DNA of 64,000 bases, taken from positions 9,334-73,333 of the forward strand of contig PXBH01000145.1 of the NCBI GenBank assembly GCA_003565555.1. Direction: 5' to 3'. Of the stretch, positions 38,314 to 48,072 are shown one piece after another (the first letter of the stretch is position 1; each line of letters opens with the position of its first letter). The position numbers and the translations under genes were made by a program. Under the pieces are notes generated by a model. It was given only the letters and a program-made list of their open reading frames with translations. It was not told the origin of the DNA and made no database searches. This DNA is from Cryomorphaceae bacterium (GTDB taxonomy: Bacteria > Bacteroidota > Bacteroidia > Flavobacteriales_D > Cryomorphaceae).

Positions 38314-40044
38314 TTAGAAAAAGCTGACAAAACCGAAATGTAATTTGCCTCCGCGCAGCGATATATCGTTGTCAAACTGCCTGCCGAGCGCATAGGTCAA
38401 CGAAAATATACCCGCACCGGTTTCGAAATTGATTCCGCCTCCGAATCCCAAAGGGGTATCTTCCTCTACTTCCCGGTTGATGCGGTTTTCGTAAGCGGCT
38501 TGATCGATGAAAAGGAACACATTGGAATTTTCCTCCAAAAGGTAGCGAAATTCCAAGGTTCCCACAGCAAAACCGGTGGCGAAAATGGCTTGTTCATCAA
38601 AACCGCGTATGGATTTCAGACCGCCGATGCGGTAGGCTTCGTTGAGAAACATATTGTCGTTTAAGAAGTAACCGCCGCGCACCCGGAACAGCAGGGTGGC
38701 ACGCCGCCCGACGGGTTGGTGGTATCCGGCCAAAATATTGGCATTGTATATTTCACTTCGCAGGTTGACGTCATCGTAAAACGATTCGTCGAGCGCGGCA
38801 TTTTCGCGAATACGTTTTTTGCCCCCCCCCGCCGTGATATCAAAAAAGTACCCGCTCCGAGGGTTGAATCGGTAATCCAAGGTATTCACCGCGCCGCCGA
38901 TCCCGAATATGACTGATCGGGAATCTACAAGCCGGCCCTGCTGATAGGCCGAAGCGGAAATGACGTTGGCTTGAAAGTCGTCTACATAAAACTTTAGTTT
39001 ATTCCCGCCCGGCAGAAAGTACTGGATCGCAAGACCGAGATTGACCTGGCTGAACAGGGTGTCTTGCCGAAAGAGGTTGATATTGAATTCGGTGCCGACA
39101 GGCGTATTGAAGAGAAAGGGATAGGCAAAACGCAAATCGAGTTGCTGCGTGCGCGTCTGCAGTCTTTGCCATCTGAGGTTGATCGATTCTCCGCGTTTAA
39201 AAGGATTCATCAGGTCCAGTGTGACATCGCCGGTGAAAATGATATCGCCTGTGACGGGATCGGGAAGCACACCGAGTACCCCGTCGAAGTTGCTGGCCTT
39301 TTTGTTTTCCAAATAGAGGTAGATGTCTGCTTCGCCTTCGCGCATTCCGACTTCGTAGGGTTTGATCACGCGTACGTAAGGCAGCTCACGAAGGCGCAGG
39401 GGAATTCTGTCAAGACGGGATTGATTGTACGCTGCACCTTTCATCAGGCCGAGGTGGTTTTCAATAACGCGCCGGTTTGTTTCCAAGTCGCCCTTAATGA
39501 TGATGCTGTCGATCACGGTATAGGCGTGCAGGTTCATTTTCAAGGCAGCTTCGATTTCTTCGCCGTCGATGACCACGTCGGCAAGGCCGAGCTGCGCAAA
39601 GGGATAGCCGTTGTTTTCAGCCAGGTCAAGCAGGGTTTCGAAAAGCCGCGACATTTCCGCGGGTTTGAACGGGGTTCCCCTGAAAAATTTTTCGCGGTAG
39701 CCGGCTTTACTGAGCATTTCTTCGCGTACGTTTCCCGCGCTCAGTTTCGCCCATTTGTAGGGGCGGCCCGCATTGAGCACGGCCCGCACCGTATCGCCGT
39801 TTCTGATCACGGTGTCAAAAGATGCTGCCAGATAGCCGTCTTCAATCAGTTCATAGCGCAAAGCCGCCAAAAAGGCATTGACCTCCGAACTGTCGGGGCC
39901 GTTTTTAGGCAAGTTGAGTTTTACGGCCGCCTCATTCGCAGATTGATCAATCTGTAACGTTACGCCTTGGGCGCTGAGCCGAACCCCCGTCAGCGTTGCA
40001 TAACAGATGAAAAATAAACAGGTTATGGTGAAATAAAATCTCAA
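38314..40044 (-). CDS. BamA/TamA-family (surface antigen D15-like) outer-membrane protein
   Basis: 576 aa with a signal peptide, POTRA-like segments and a C-terminal beta-signal ending GFVSFF. Apparent TTG start. Confidence 0.8.
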   Translation of the reverse strand: MRFYFTITCLFFICYATLTGVRLSAQGVTLQIDQSANEAAVKLNLPKNGPDSSEVNAFLAALRYELIEDGYLAASFDTVIRNGDTVRAVLNAGRPYKWAKLSAGNVREEMLSKAGYREKFFRGTPFKPAEMSRLFETLLDLAENNGYPFAQLGLADVVIDGEEIEAALKMNLHAYTVIDSIIIKGDLETNRRVIENHLGLMKGAAYNQSRLDRIPLRLRELPYVRVIKPYEVGMREGEADIYLYLENKKASNFDGVLGVLPDPVTGDIIFTGDVTLDLMNPFKRGESINLRWQRLQTRTQQLDLRFAYPFLFNTPVGTEFNINLFRQDTLFSQVNLGLAIQYFLPGGNKLKFYVDDFQANVISASAYQQGRLVDSRSVIFGIGGAVNTLDYRFNPRSGYFFDITAGGGKKRIRENAALDESFYDDVNLRSEIYNANILAGYHQPVGRRATLLFRVRGGYFLNDNMFLNEAYRIGGLKSIRGFDEQAIFATGFAVGTLEFRYLLEENSNVFLFIDQAAYENRINREVEEDTPLGFGGGINFETGAGIFSLTYALGRQFDNDISLRGGKLHFGFVSFF

Positions 40045-40103
40045 TCCCCGCCGTTGTTATTAGGATAAACCCGCGATAATGTGCTATATTGCTCCCGAAA
40101 GAA

Positions 40104-40111
40104 CAAAATTA
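40104..40111 (-). promoter_or_regulatory. Candidate -7 box TAATTTTG for the BamA-like gene
   Basis: The reverse complement is a perfect TAnnTTTG match about 60 nt upstream of the TTG start. Confidence 0.35.
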
Positions 40112-40133
40112 ACCTGCTTCTCTCCGTTTGGCG

Positions 40134-40141
40134 TATATTTG
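40134..40141 (+). promoter_or_regulatory. Candidate -7 box TATATTTG, 7 nt upstream of the ATG at 40149
   Basis: Perfect TAnnTTTG match in a divergent intergenic region. Confidence 0.4.
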
Positions 40142-40148
40142 CGAAATT

Positions 40149-40301
40149 ATGTTTAAGGTATTCGAAATGAGAAAATCTTCCATGCTCCTTTTGCTGCTTT
40201 TTGCCGCAGGAGTGGTGATGTCATCCTGCCGAGCCCAAAAGCAGGCCTGCGCCGCTTACGGTAAGGCCGATACGGTGAAAACCGAGCAGAGCAACAGCTG
40301 A
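40149..40301 (+). CDS. Micro-lipoprotein (44-50 aa), hypothetical
   Basis: Hand translation gives MFKVFEMRKSSMLLLLLFAAGVVMSSCRAQKQACAAYGKADTVKTEQSNS, with a signal peptide and lipobox-like MSSC. Its TGA overlaps the ytxJ ATG (TGATG). It is below the ORF-track cutoff. An alternative ATG lies at 40167. Confidence 0.45.
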   Translation: MFKVFEMRKSSMLLLLLFAAGVVMSSCRAQKQACAAYGKADTVKTEQSNS

Positions 40302-40624
40302 TGCCCATGTGGACGGAGCTGGAAACCGTCGAAGCATTGGAACAATGCTTTGCGCGTACCGAACGCCCGGTACTTCTGTTCAAACACAGTACGAGGTGCC
40401 CCCTGAGTGCGATGGCTAAGTCGCGCATAGAAAACGGCAGGGACGAAGCTTTGGATTACTTCTTGATCGACGTGATACGGCACCGCGAGGTGAGTCAAAA
40501 GCTGGCCGAAAAAACAGAAATTCGCCACGAGTCGCCTCAAGCCTTTCTGGTTTGCGACGGTGAGGTGGAGACCGTCAAATCCCATACCGACATCAGGCCC
40601 TCCGCCTTTGCACTCAATCAATGA
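40301..40624 (+). CDS. ytxJ: YtxJ-family thioredoxin-like monothiol protein (bacillithiol-system associated)
   Basis: 107 aa with the single-Cys motif FKHSTRCPLS, characteristic of YtxJ. Confidence 0.8.
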   Translation: MPMWTELETVEALEQCFARTERPVLLFKHSTRCPLSAMAKSRIENGRDEALDYFLIDVIRHREVSQKLAEKTEIRHESPQAFLVCDGEVETVKSHTDIRPSAFALNQ

Positions 40625-41037
40625 TGGTGCGAGGTGTAGCTTATGTCTAACACGACTTCAATATCAGGATGCAGACTTTCAGCCACCGGACACCGCTCGG
40701 CTGTTCTGCGCAGCACAGCCTTTTCTTTTTCTCCGTAACCGAAGTCGGGTATTTCCATCGCAATCTGTATTTTTCCTATGCGCCGAGGATTTGAGTACAT
40801 GAATTTGGTGACTTCGGCGGAAGCCCCCTCAAACTTTAAACGGCGCTCTTCAGCGGCGATGCCCATCACGGTGAGCATGCAGGTAGCAAGAGAGGTGGCC
40901 GCCAAGTCTGTGGGAGAGAATGCAGCGCCCTTTCCCCGATTATCCGTCGGCGCATCGGTGATGATTTCTTTTTCCGACCGGAGATGGGTGCATACCGTGC
41001 GAAGTTCACCCGTGTATTTGACCACAGAAGTTGCCAT
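40618..41037 (-). CDS. OsmC-family peroxiredoxin-like protein
   Basis: 139 aa. Two conserved Cys contexts, SLATCML and AERCPVA. Convergent with ytxJ, overlapping it by 7 nt. Confidence 0.85.
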   Translation of the reverse strand: MATSVVKYTGELRTVCTHLRSEKEIITDAPTDNRGKGAAFSPTDLAATSLATCMLTVMGIAAEERRLKFEGASAEVTKFMYSNPRRIGKIQIAMEIPDFGYGEKEKAVLRRTAERCPVAESLHPDIEVVLDISYTSHHH

Positions 41038-41071
41038 AAACTTTGTAATTTAGAAGACTGTTACAACGATA

Positions 41072-41863
41072 GTGAAAATTACCGCAGACATACGCTTTAA
41101 GGGCATTTTCTCGCTGCTTTTTTTCTTCTTTTCGGTCTTGGCTCTCGACAGTAATGCACAAGGCCCCAAGCAGAAGGAAACCATTTTTGATGAGTCTACC
41201 GTGATTTACAAGGAAAGTCTTTTCGGAGGGCTCACCTTGCACACCAACGGCTACGCCGCACACTTTTCTTACGGAAAGAACAAAACAGCTTTCAAGTCGA
41301 GAATTTACCAACTCGACGTTACCTTCATGCGCCACCCGAAAGAAGTACGCAGCTTCAATGCGTTTTTTGAGGATTCGCGGAGTTACGTTTTCGGAAAGCT
41401 GAACTCACTGTTCATATTGCGGCCTACCATCGGGGAGCGGGTGCTGAAGTTTGACAAGATCAGGCCGGGCGGGGTAGCCATCGGCTATTCTTGGCGTGTG
41501 GGCCCTGCCATAGGTCTCGCCAAGCCCGTTTATCTCGAAATTCTGGTGCCGGACACACCGCCTTTTTCCCGCATCGTGGTAGAACGCTATGACCCGGAGC
41601 GCCACTCCTTCGTGGACATTTACGGAAGGGCGGGCGGACTGCGCGGACTCAATGAAATCGAATTTCATCCGGGTATCCACGCCGGCTTTGCCGTGAATTT
41701 TGACTACGACCCCGGACGAGAGGGCCTGAAGGGTATAGAGCTCGGTGTCAACGTAGACTACTTCCCGCTCGGGGAAGTAGAAATCATGGCGCAAACGGCC
41801 AATACCAACCTCTTCGTGAACTTATACGTAACTTTGCAGTTCGGAAAAAAATTCAACAGATAG
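41072..41863 (+). CDS. Hypothetical exported protein, possibly an outer-membrane beta-barrel
   Basis: 263 aa with a GTG start and signal peptide FSLLFFFFSVLALDSNAQ. It has alternating beta-like segments and a C-terminus reading LYVTLQFGKKFNR. Its stop codon abuts the lipA ATG. Confidence 0.7.
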   Translation: MKITADIRFKGIFSLLFFFFSVLALDSNAQGPKQKETIFDESTVIYKESLFGGLTLHTNGYAAHFSYGKNKTAFKSRIYQLDVTFMRHPKEVRSFNAFFEDSRSYVFGKLNSLFILRPTIGERVLKFDKIRPGGVAIGYSWRVGPAIGLAKPVYLEILVPDTPPFSRIVVERYDPERHSFVDIYGRAGGLRGLNEIEFHPGIHAGFAVNFDYDPGREGLKGIELGVNVDYFPLGEVEIMAQTANTNLFVNLYVTLQFGKKFNR

Positions 41864-42736
41864 ATGGCGGAAACAGAAGTGATGGAAAAACCCGTTCGGG
41901 TTCAAAAACCGAAATGGTTGAGGGTAAAGCTGCCGACCGGAGAATCGTACAGAAATGTCAGAAAAATTGTCGACGAGCACGAGCTCCACACCATCTGCGA
42001 AAGCGGAAACTGTCCCAATATGGGAGAATGTTGGGGAGCGGGAACGGCTACGTTCATGATTTTGGGAAATACCTGTACCCGATCCTGCGGTTTCTGCGCC
42101 GTAGATACCGGACGTCCGGATGCAGTGGATGAATTTGAACCGGGGCGCGTGGCGCGATCGGTGAAGCTCATGGGGGTGAAGCACTGCGTGATCACCAGTG
42201 TAGACCGCGATGACCTGCCCGACGGCGGCAGCATCATCTGGGCCCAAACCGTGAAGGCCATCAGGCATCAATCACCGGGCACCACCTTGGAAACCCTGAT
42301 TCCCGACTTTATGGGGAAATGGGAAAATCTGCAGCGTATCATCGATGTGGCGCCGGAGATTGTGTCACACAACCTTGAAACTGTGCGGCGCCTCACCAAG
42401 CAAGTGCGTATTCAGGCCAAGTATGACCGCAGCCTGGAAGTATTGCGCCGCCTGAAAAAAGGCGGGATGAATACCAAATCGGGTGTGATGCTCGGCCTCG
42501 GAGAAACGGAAGAGGAAGTCATCGAAACCATGGACGATCTGCGGGCCGTCAATGTAGATGTGCTTACCCTCGGGCAATACCTTCAGCCCACGCGAAAGCA
42601 CTTGCCGGTAGAAGACTTCGTGACCCCTGAAAAATTTGCCGAGTACAAGGAAATCGGATTGTCTAAAGGTTTCAGATACGTGGAAAGCGGACCCCTCGTG
42701 CGCTCCTCCTACCACGCGGAGAAACACCTCTTCTGA
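41864..42736 (+). CDS. lipA: Lipoyl synthase
   Basis: 290 aa. Auxiliary cluster [12 protein letters not shown] and radical-SAM motif CTRSCGFC. Confidence 0.97.
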   Translation: MAETEVMEKPVRVQKPKWLRVKLPTGESYRNVRKIVDEHELHTICESGNCPNMGECWGAGTATFMILGNTCTRSCGFCAVDTGRPDAVDEFEPGRVARSVKLMGVKHCVITSVDRDDLPDGGSIIWAQTVKAIRHQSPGTTLETLIPDFMGKWENLQRIIDVAPEIVSHNLETVRRLTKQVRIQAKYDRSLEVLRRLKKGGMNTKSGVMLGLGETEEEVIETMDDLRAVNVDVLTLGQYLQPTRKHLPVEDFVTPEKFAEYKEIGLSKGFRYVESGPLVRSSYHAEKHLF

Positions 42737-42769
42737 GGAGAGATACCGCTTGCGGTCTTGCCGGATTCT

Positions 42770-42777
42770 TAACTTTG
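42770..42777 (+). promoter_or_regulatory. Candidate -7 box TAACTTTG upstream of gap
   Basis: Perfect TAnnTTTG match ending 28 nt before the GTG start. Confidence 0.4.
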
Positions 42778-42805
42778 CCGCGCTCAACCTGATCAACACT
42801 CATTT

Positions 42806-43849
42806 GTGAAAGAAAAGATACGCGTCGGCATCAACGGTTTCGGCCGCATCGGCAGGTGTTTCGCCCGTGCCGTTTTGGCCGATGAAAACTCGCCTCTGGA
42901 CATCGTACTCATCAATGACCTCGGTTCTGTCACTTCCATGGCCCACCTTTTGGAGTACGACAGTATCCACGGAAAATTTTCGCGCGAAGTATGGCCCGCG
43001 GAGCGGAGTTTGCAAATCTCAGACAAGGGCAGCCCTTCCGGTCATGCGGAAATCCCCGTGTCATCGGTCGCGAACCCTTCCGAAATTCCCTGGAAAGACT
43101 TCGGAGCAGATATCGTCCTTGAGGCCACGGGTAAATTTAAAACTGCAGCCGATGCGGAAGGCCACCTCTCGGCGGGAGCAGGCTTGGTCATTATCTCCGC
43201 CGTGCCCGCTGACTCAGGGGTGAAGACCCTCGTCATGGGTGCCAATCAAGAGCTGCTCACCCCCGAAGACCGCATTATTTCAAACGCTTCCTGCACCACC
43301 AACTGCGCAGCACCGATGGTGGAAATCATCGATCGGATATGCGGGGTGGAAAGCGGATACATCACCACCGTGCACTCATACACGGGCGATCAAACCCTGC
43401 ACGATACGGCACATCGTGACCTGCGCAGGGCCCGCGCCGCAGCGCTGTCTATTATTCCTACCAGTACGGGGGCTGCGAAGGCCATCACCAAAATATTTCC
43501 GCGGCTGGACGGAAAGCTCGGCGGTGCGGGTATCCGAGTCCCCGTCCCGAACGGCTCCCTCACGGACATCACCTTTCACGTGCGAAAACCGCAGGCCGCT
43601 GAAGCGCTCAACGAGATTTTCCGGCAAGAGGCCGAATCCGGACCGTGGCGGGGCTATCTGGAGTACACCGAAAAGCCCTTGGTGAGCATCGATATTATCG
43701 GAAATCCGCACTCCTGCGTGTTTGATGCGCTGCTCACCTCGGTCATCGGCAATACGGTCAAAGTTGTGGGCTGGTACGACAACGAAATGGGCTATACCCG
43801 CCGCCTCATCGATTTGATCCTGTTCAGACAGGGGCTGCCGGGGGTGTGA
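42806..43849 (+). CDS. gap: Type I glyceraldehyde-3-phosphate dehydrogenase
   Basis: 347 aa with a GTG start. Contains INGFGRIGR and the active site ASCTTNCAAP. Confidence 0.95.
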   Translation: MKEKIRVGINGFGRIGRCFARAVLADENSPLDIVLINDLGSVTSMAHLLEYDSIHGKFSREVWPAERSLQISDKGSPSGHAEIPVSSVANPSEIPWKDFGADIVLEATGKFKTAADAEGHLSAGAGLVIISAVPADSGVKTLVMGANQELLTPEDRIISNASCTTNCAAPMVEIIDRICGVESGYITTVHSYTGDQTLHDTAHRDLRRARAAALSIIPTSTGAAKAITKIFPRLDGKLGGAGIRVPVPNGSLTDITFHVRKPQAAEALNEIFRQEAESGPWRGYLEYTEKPLVSIDIIGNPHSCVFDALLTSVIGNTVKVVGWYDNEMGYTRRLIDLILFRQGLPGV

Positions 43850-43850
43850 G

Positions 43851-44654
43851 TCAGCAGCCGTCGGGATTACCGTCTCCGTGGATTTTGGCCTTGCCTTCGG
43901 CGCTTTTTAAGCACATTGACTTCCCGTCAAATTCGGCGTAGGTAAAGCTGCGGATCCAGTCTCCCGTATTAATATACGTGCCTCCCCCCTCCAGATTGAT
44001 CACCATGGGCAGGTGCCGATGACCGAAGATGTAGTAGTCGGTGGGTTGCTGTACTTGACAGGCCTCACAGTATTGCACGAGCCATTCGTTTTCTCTTCCC
44101 GAAAATATTTCATCCGCATCTCTGTTTGCCTTTCGGCTTCGGGCAGAGAGGTAGTCGGCCAGCCCGATTCCGAAATTGGGATGCAACCGCGCAAAAAGCC
44201 ATTGACTCACCTTCGAGGCAAACACCTTTTTCAATACCTTATATCCCCGGTCACCCGGTCCGAGTCCGTCGCCGTGCCCGATGAGAAAGGTTTTTCCCGC
44301 AAGGGTGCGCCGAATCGGAGCGCGGTGCAGCGCCACATTGAGCTCGGAGGGCAGATAGTCAAAAATCCACATATCGTGGTTGCCCGTGAAGAAGTGTATG
44401 GGGATCCCGCTGTCGGAAAGCTCGGCGATTTTGCCCAAAAGGCGCACGTGGCCGCGCGGAATGGCCTTTTTGTACTCAAACCAAAAGTCGAAAACATCCC
44501 CGAGAATGAAGAGCTCTGCCATCTCTTCACGCCGAGATTCCAGCCAAGCCACGATTTTTTTCTCCCGCACCAAGCTCTCTGCCCGATTCGGAGCACCGAG
44601 ATGAAAGTCAGACAGAAAGAAGTATTTATCGCCCATCGGAGACGGCGGAAGCAC
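43851..44654 (-). CDS. lpxH: UDP-2,3-diacylglucosamine diphosphatase (LpxH-like metallophosphoesterase)
   Basis: Motifs LSDFHLG, ILGDVFDFW and GNHD. An alternative start lies at 44636 (MGDKYFFLSD). Confidence 0.8.
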   Translation of the reverse strand: MLPPSPMGDKYFFLSDFHLGAPNRAESLVREKKIVAWLESRREEMAELFILGDVFDFWFEYKKAIPRGHVRLLGKIAELSDSGIPIHFFTGNHDMWIFDYLPSELNVALHRAPIRRTLAGKTFLIGHGDGLGPGDRGYKVLKKVFASKVSQWLFARLHPNFGIGLADYLSARSRKANRDADEIFSGRENEWLVQYCEACQVQQPTDYYIFGHRHLPMVINLEGGGTYINTGDWIRSFTYAEFDGKSMCLKSAEGKAKIHGDGNPDGC

Positions 44655-44663
44655 ACTCCGGGA

Positions 44664-45803
44664 TCAGTACCCGAAGATCTCCTCCATTTTTTTCTCAAGT
44701 GCTCTGCTCCTGAGTTTGGTTGCGATCACCTTGCCTTCGGGATCTATCATTACGGTGAATGGGATCGACTGCACATTGTAAAGCTGTGCCGCTGCCGAGT
44801 TCCAAAATTTGAGATCGCTCACGTGCGGCCAGGTCAAGCCGTCCTCTTCAATGGCCTTGAGCCATTTGCCTCTGTCTCTGTCAAGCGACACTCCGAATAT
44901 TTCAAAATTGTCTTTGCTGTACTTCTTGTACATCTTGACCACGTTCGGATTTTCCATCCGGCAGGGTTTGCACCAAGAGGCCCAAAAATCGATGAGCACG
45001 TAGTTGCCTTTAAGGTCAGAAAGCGCGCGCATTTCCCCGTCGGGATCCGGGAGCACTATATCGGGGGCTTTGGTCCCGGGAGCCAGGAAGTTTTCGCGTT
45101 CCAGCCGTTTTTCGGCTTCAGCTACCCGATCGGCCAGGGCATCAAAAAAGAAATAGCCCGCGAGGCGGTCCTCGAGTCCGTCGCGCACCTTCTTATACAG
45201 GTCGAGGTCTTGGGTAGCATCCAGCCGCTGTATGATGGAATAGTTGGCCACACTGCCCGGATTGTTCTCGATATGATCGGTCAGGTAGGCGCGGTATTCC
45301 TTGCGGGTATTGTTGTAGTAATTGCCGAGCGCTACCCGTGTCTGCTGATCACCGGCAGTGGCCGCTTCCTGCAGCGCGCGCATGGCGGAGTCCAGCCGCT
45401 GCTCGTACATGGTGCCCCTCACAAAGAAGTCGCGCACCTCTTCCGAGTCCTTCGATCCGCTCACTTCGTAGATATTGCTGAGGGTGTTGTAGTCAGCGGT
45501 AATCTCCACTGTTTTGCTCGTACTGTCGAATGCCATGAATATGGGAGGCACATCTTCGCCTATCCCCAGGGTGTAAAAATTGAGCCGGCCCGAGGGCACC
45601 TTGAAGGAAAAATTACCTGATTCATCAACGGTCGCCGCACCCACTGTATCGGGTTCGGCGGGGGGGTAGTGGATCAATGCGACAGTCTCACCCGCGGCAT
45701 TCGTAATCTTTCCTTTTACTTCGGTACCGGAGTCTTCGGGTGTACATCCGGCGGCCAGAGCAGCTGCAATAAATACGCCGGCCGATCTCAATAACATTTT
45801 CAT
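44664..45803 (-). CDS. TlpA-family thiol:disulfide oxidoreductase lipoprotein
   Basis: 379 aa with lipobox LAAGC and thioredoxin motif WASWCKPC. Confidence 0.85.
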   Translation of the reverse strand: MKMLLRSAGVFIAAALAAGCTPEDSGTEVKGKITNAAGETVALIHYPPAEPDTVGAATVDESGNFSFKVPSGRLNFYTLGIGEDVPPIFMAFDSTSKTVEITADYNTLSNIYEVSGSKDSEEVRDFFVRGTMYEQRLDSAMRALQEAATAGDQQTRVALGNYYNNTRKEYRAYLTDHIENNPGSVANYSIIQRLDATQDLDLYKKVRDGLEDRLAGYFFFDALADRVAEAEKRLERENFLAPGTKAPDIVLPDPDGEMRALSDLKGNYVLIDFWASWCKPCRMENPNVVKMYKKYSKDNFEIFGVSLDRDRGKWLKAIEEDGLTWPHVSDLKFWNSAAAQLYNVQSIPFTVMIDPEGKVIATKLRSRALEKKMEEIFGY

Positions 45804-47266
45804 TCTTCAAGTATTTTTTTGAGAATATCACTTGCCATTTTTGGGTTGGCTTTTCGGTCAGATAGTTTCATGACCTCTCCCATGAACAGTCCGAGCAGCC
45901 CTTTATTGCCTTTCCGGTAGGCTTCAGCCTTATCGGGGTAGGCCGCTACCGCTTTCCGCGCCATGGCCTCCAAGGCGTTGTCGTCGCTCTCTTGGAGCAA
46001 GTCGTTTTCGCGGGCCAGATCTTCCGGGTCTTTGTCGGGGTTGTCCGGCATCAGAGGAAATATCTGCTGTGAAGCCACGCTGTGGCTTACTTTATTTTCG
46101 TCGGTGAGACGAATGAGGGCCGCTATTTTTTCCGGCTTTACGGGAAAATCTTCAATTCGGGTCGCTGTGCGGTTGAGGTAGGTTTTCACCTCGCCGATCA
46201 CTTTATTGGCGGCAGCCTTATAGTTTTCCGTGTATTTGATGATTTCCTCGTAGTAGAGTGCCGTGGGTTTCGATTCCGTCAGGATGCCCGCGTCGTAGTC
46301 AGAGAGCCCCAGTTCTTCGGTGTAGCGTTTGTACAGGTCCCGCGGCAGGGGAGGCATGGCTTTTTTTACCTTTTCCACCGCTTCTTCACTCAGTTCGAGC
46401 GGCTGCATGTCGGGCTCCGGAAAGTAGCGGTAGTCGTGGGCGTCCTCTTTTCCCCTCAGGGTAAATGTGGTACCGTTTACCGCATCAAAACTGCGCGTCT
46501 GTTGCTCCACGGTTCCGCCGGCTTCGATAATGGCGATTTGCCGCTTCATCTCATAGGTGATGGCGCGCTGCACATTGCGCAGGGAGTTCATGTTCTTCAC
46601 CTCACAGCGATTGCCGAGAGTCTTGCTTCCCTTGAGCATCACGGACACATTGGCATCGCAACGCATGCTCCCTTCCTCCATATTTCCGTCGCAGATATCG
46701 AGGTACCTTACGAGCCGTCTTACTTCCGCGAGGTAATTATAGGCCTCCTCAATGCTGCGGATGTCCGGCTCCGATACGATTTCCAGCAGCGGAACACCCG
46801 CGCGGTTCAGGTCCACAAGGGTGTTGAACGGGTCTTGATCGTGGATGCTTTTACCGGCGTCTTCCTCAATGTGAATGCGCGTGATGCCGATGCGTTTGTC
46901 ATTGCCGTCGGCATCTTTCACCGTGAGGTGGCCTTCGGTGCAAATGGGCGTGGTGTCTTGGGTGATTTGGTAGCCTTTCGGCAAATCGGCGTAGAAGTAA
47001 TTTTTCCGTGCGAAGTGCATCTCGCGGGTCAGGCTGCAGTTCGTAGCCAGACCCAGCCTCACGGCATGTTGCACCACGGCGGTATTGAGTCGCGGCAGGG
47101 TGCCCGGGTGGCCGAGGGTCAGCGGGCAGGTATTGGCGTTTGGAAGGTCGCCGTAAGCGTTCACGGCGCCGGAGTAGGCCTTAGAGGAGGTGATCAGCTG
47201 GGCGTGAATCTCCAGTCCCACCACCAATTGGTACTTTTCGAGCACTTCTGCACGCGTTTCGATCAT
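45800..47266 (-). CDS. gatB: Asp-tRNA(Asn)/Glu-tRNA(Gln) amidotransferase subunit B
   Basis: 488 aa. The N-terminus VVGLEIHAQL and the overall layout are typical of GatB. Confidence 0.95.
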   Translation of the reverse strand: MIETRAEVLEKYQLVVGLEIHAQLITSSKAYSGAVNAYGDLPNANTCPLTLGHPGTLPRLNTAVVQHAVRLGLATNCSLTREMHFARKNYFYADLPKGYQITQDTTPICTEGHLTVKDADGNDKRIGITRIHIEEDAGKSIHDQDPFNTLVDLNRAGVPLLEIVSEPDIRSIEEAYNYLAEVRRLVRYLDICDGNMEEGSMRCDANVSVMLKGSKTLGNRCEVKNMNSLRNVQRAITYEMKRQIAIIEAGGTVEQQTRSFDAVNGTTFTLRGKEDAHDYRYFPEPDMQPLELSEEAVEKVKKAMPPLPRDLYKRYTEELGLSDYDAGILTESKPTALYYEEIIKYTENYKAAANKVIGEVKTYLNRTATRIEDFPVKPEKIAALIRLTDENKVSHSVASQQIFPLMPDNPDKDPEDLARENDLLQESDDNALEAMARKAVAAYPDKAEAYRKGNKGLLGLFMGEVMKLSDRKANPKMASDILKKILEE

Positions 47267-48072
47267 AATGCCTCTATTATCCCGCGAAAGAGCGGAACCA
47301 TTTTTTTTGATGCTTCACTCGCGGCCCTTACCACATCTTCGTGGGTGGTTTCTACAATCTTCCCTTCTACGCCCAGGTCGGTAATCACGCTCATACCGAA
47401 GCATTCCATGCCCATGTGGTTGGCTGCGATGACTTCGGGCACGGTGCTCATACCTACGGCATCGGCGCCGATGATGCGCACGTACTTATATTCAGCCGGC
47501 GTTTCCAGGCAGGGGCCGCTGAGGCCGGCATACACGCCTTTGCGCAAAAGGGTGCCTTGGGCTGCTCCCGTTTTTTCCGCAAGGGTGATCATCTCTTTGC
47601 TGTACGCCTTACTCATGTCTGGAAATCGGGGCCCCCAGGCATTGTTGTTCGGCCCCATCAGCGGGTTGGTCGGGAAAAGGTTGATGTGGTCCGAAATGAT
47701 CATCAGATCGCCGATTTCAAAATCGGGATTCACCCCACCGCAGGCATTGGACACCATCAGCCGTTTCACACCGATCAATGCCATGATCCGCACGGGCGAC
47801 ACCACCTGATCCATCGTGTAGCCTTCGTAGTAGTGAAAGCGACCGCGCATGGCCACCACCTTCTTACCGCCGAAGCGACCGAAGGCCAGGGTGCCCTTGT
47901 GCCCTTCCACGGTAGATCGGGGAAAGTCGGGAATATCGCTGTAGGCAATCTCTGTGTCAATGTCGATTTCTTCTCCCAAACTGCCCAACCCGGAACCCAA
48001 AATAATCCCCACATCGGGAACAAAAGGCATTTTGGACTTTACGAATGCAAGGGCCTTGTCAAGATTCAGCAT
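47263..48072 (-). CDS. Purine nucleoside phosphorylase (trimeric PNP family)
   Basis: 269 aa containing GIILGSGLG, MRGRFHYYEGY and GADAVGMSTVPEV. Confidence 0.9.
   Translation of the reverse strand: MLNLDKALAFVKSKMPFVPDVGIILGSGLGSLGEEIDIDTEIAYSDIPDFPRSTVEGHKGTLAFGRFGGKKVVAMRGRFHYYEGYTMDQVVSPVRIMALIGVKRLMVSNACGGVNPDFEIGDLMIISDHINLFPTNPLMGPNNNAWGPRFPDMSKAYSKEMITLAEKTGAAQGTLLRKGVYAGLSGPCLETPAEYKYVRIIGADAVGMSTVPEVIAANHMGMECFGMSVITDLGVEGKIVETTHEDVVRAASEASKKMVPLFRGIIEAL

Noticed and set aside
44013-45620. 535-aa + strand ORF, one of the longest in the track
   Set aside because: It is entirely antisense to two minus-strand genes with clear motifs: LpxH-like (LSDFHLG, GNHD) and TlpA-like (WASWCKPC). 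Its translation is rich in Arg, His, Pro and Gly with no recognisable domain. It is a shadow ORF.
46082-47809. 575-aa + strand ORF
   Set aside because: It is antisense to gatB and the purine nucleoside phosphorylase gene, both of which have strong family signatures. Its composition is typical of a shadow frame.
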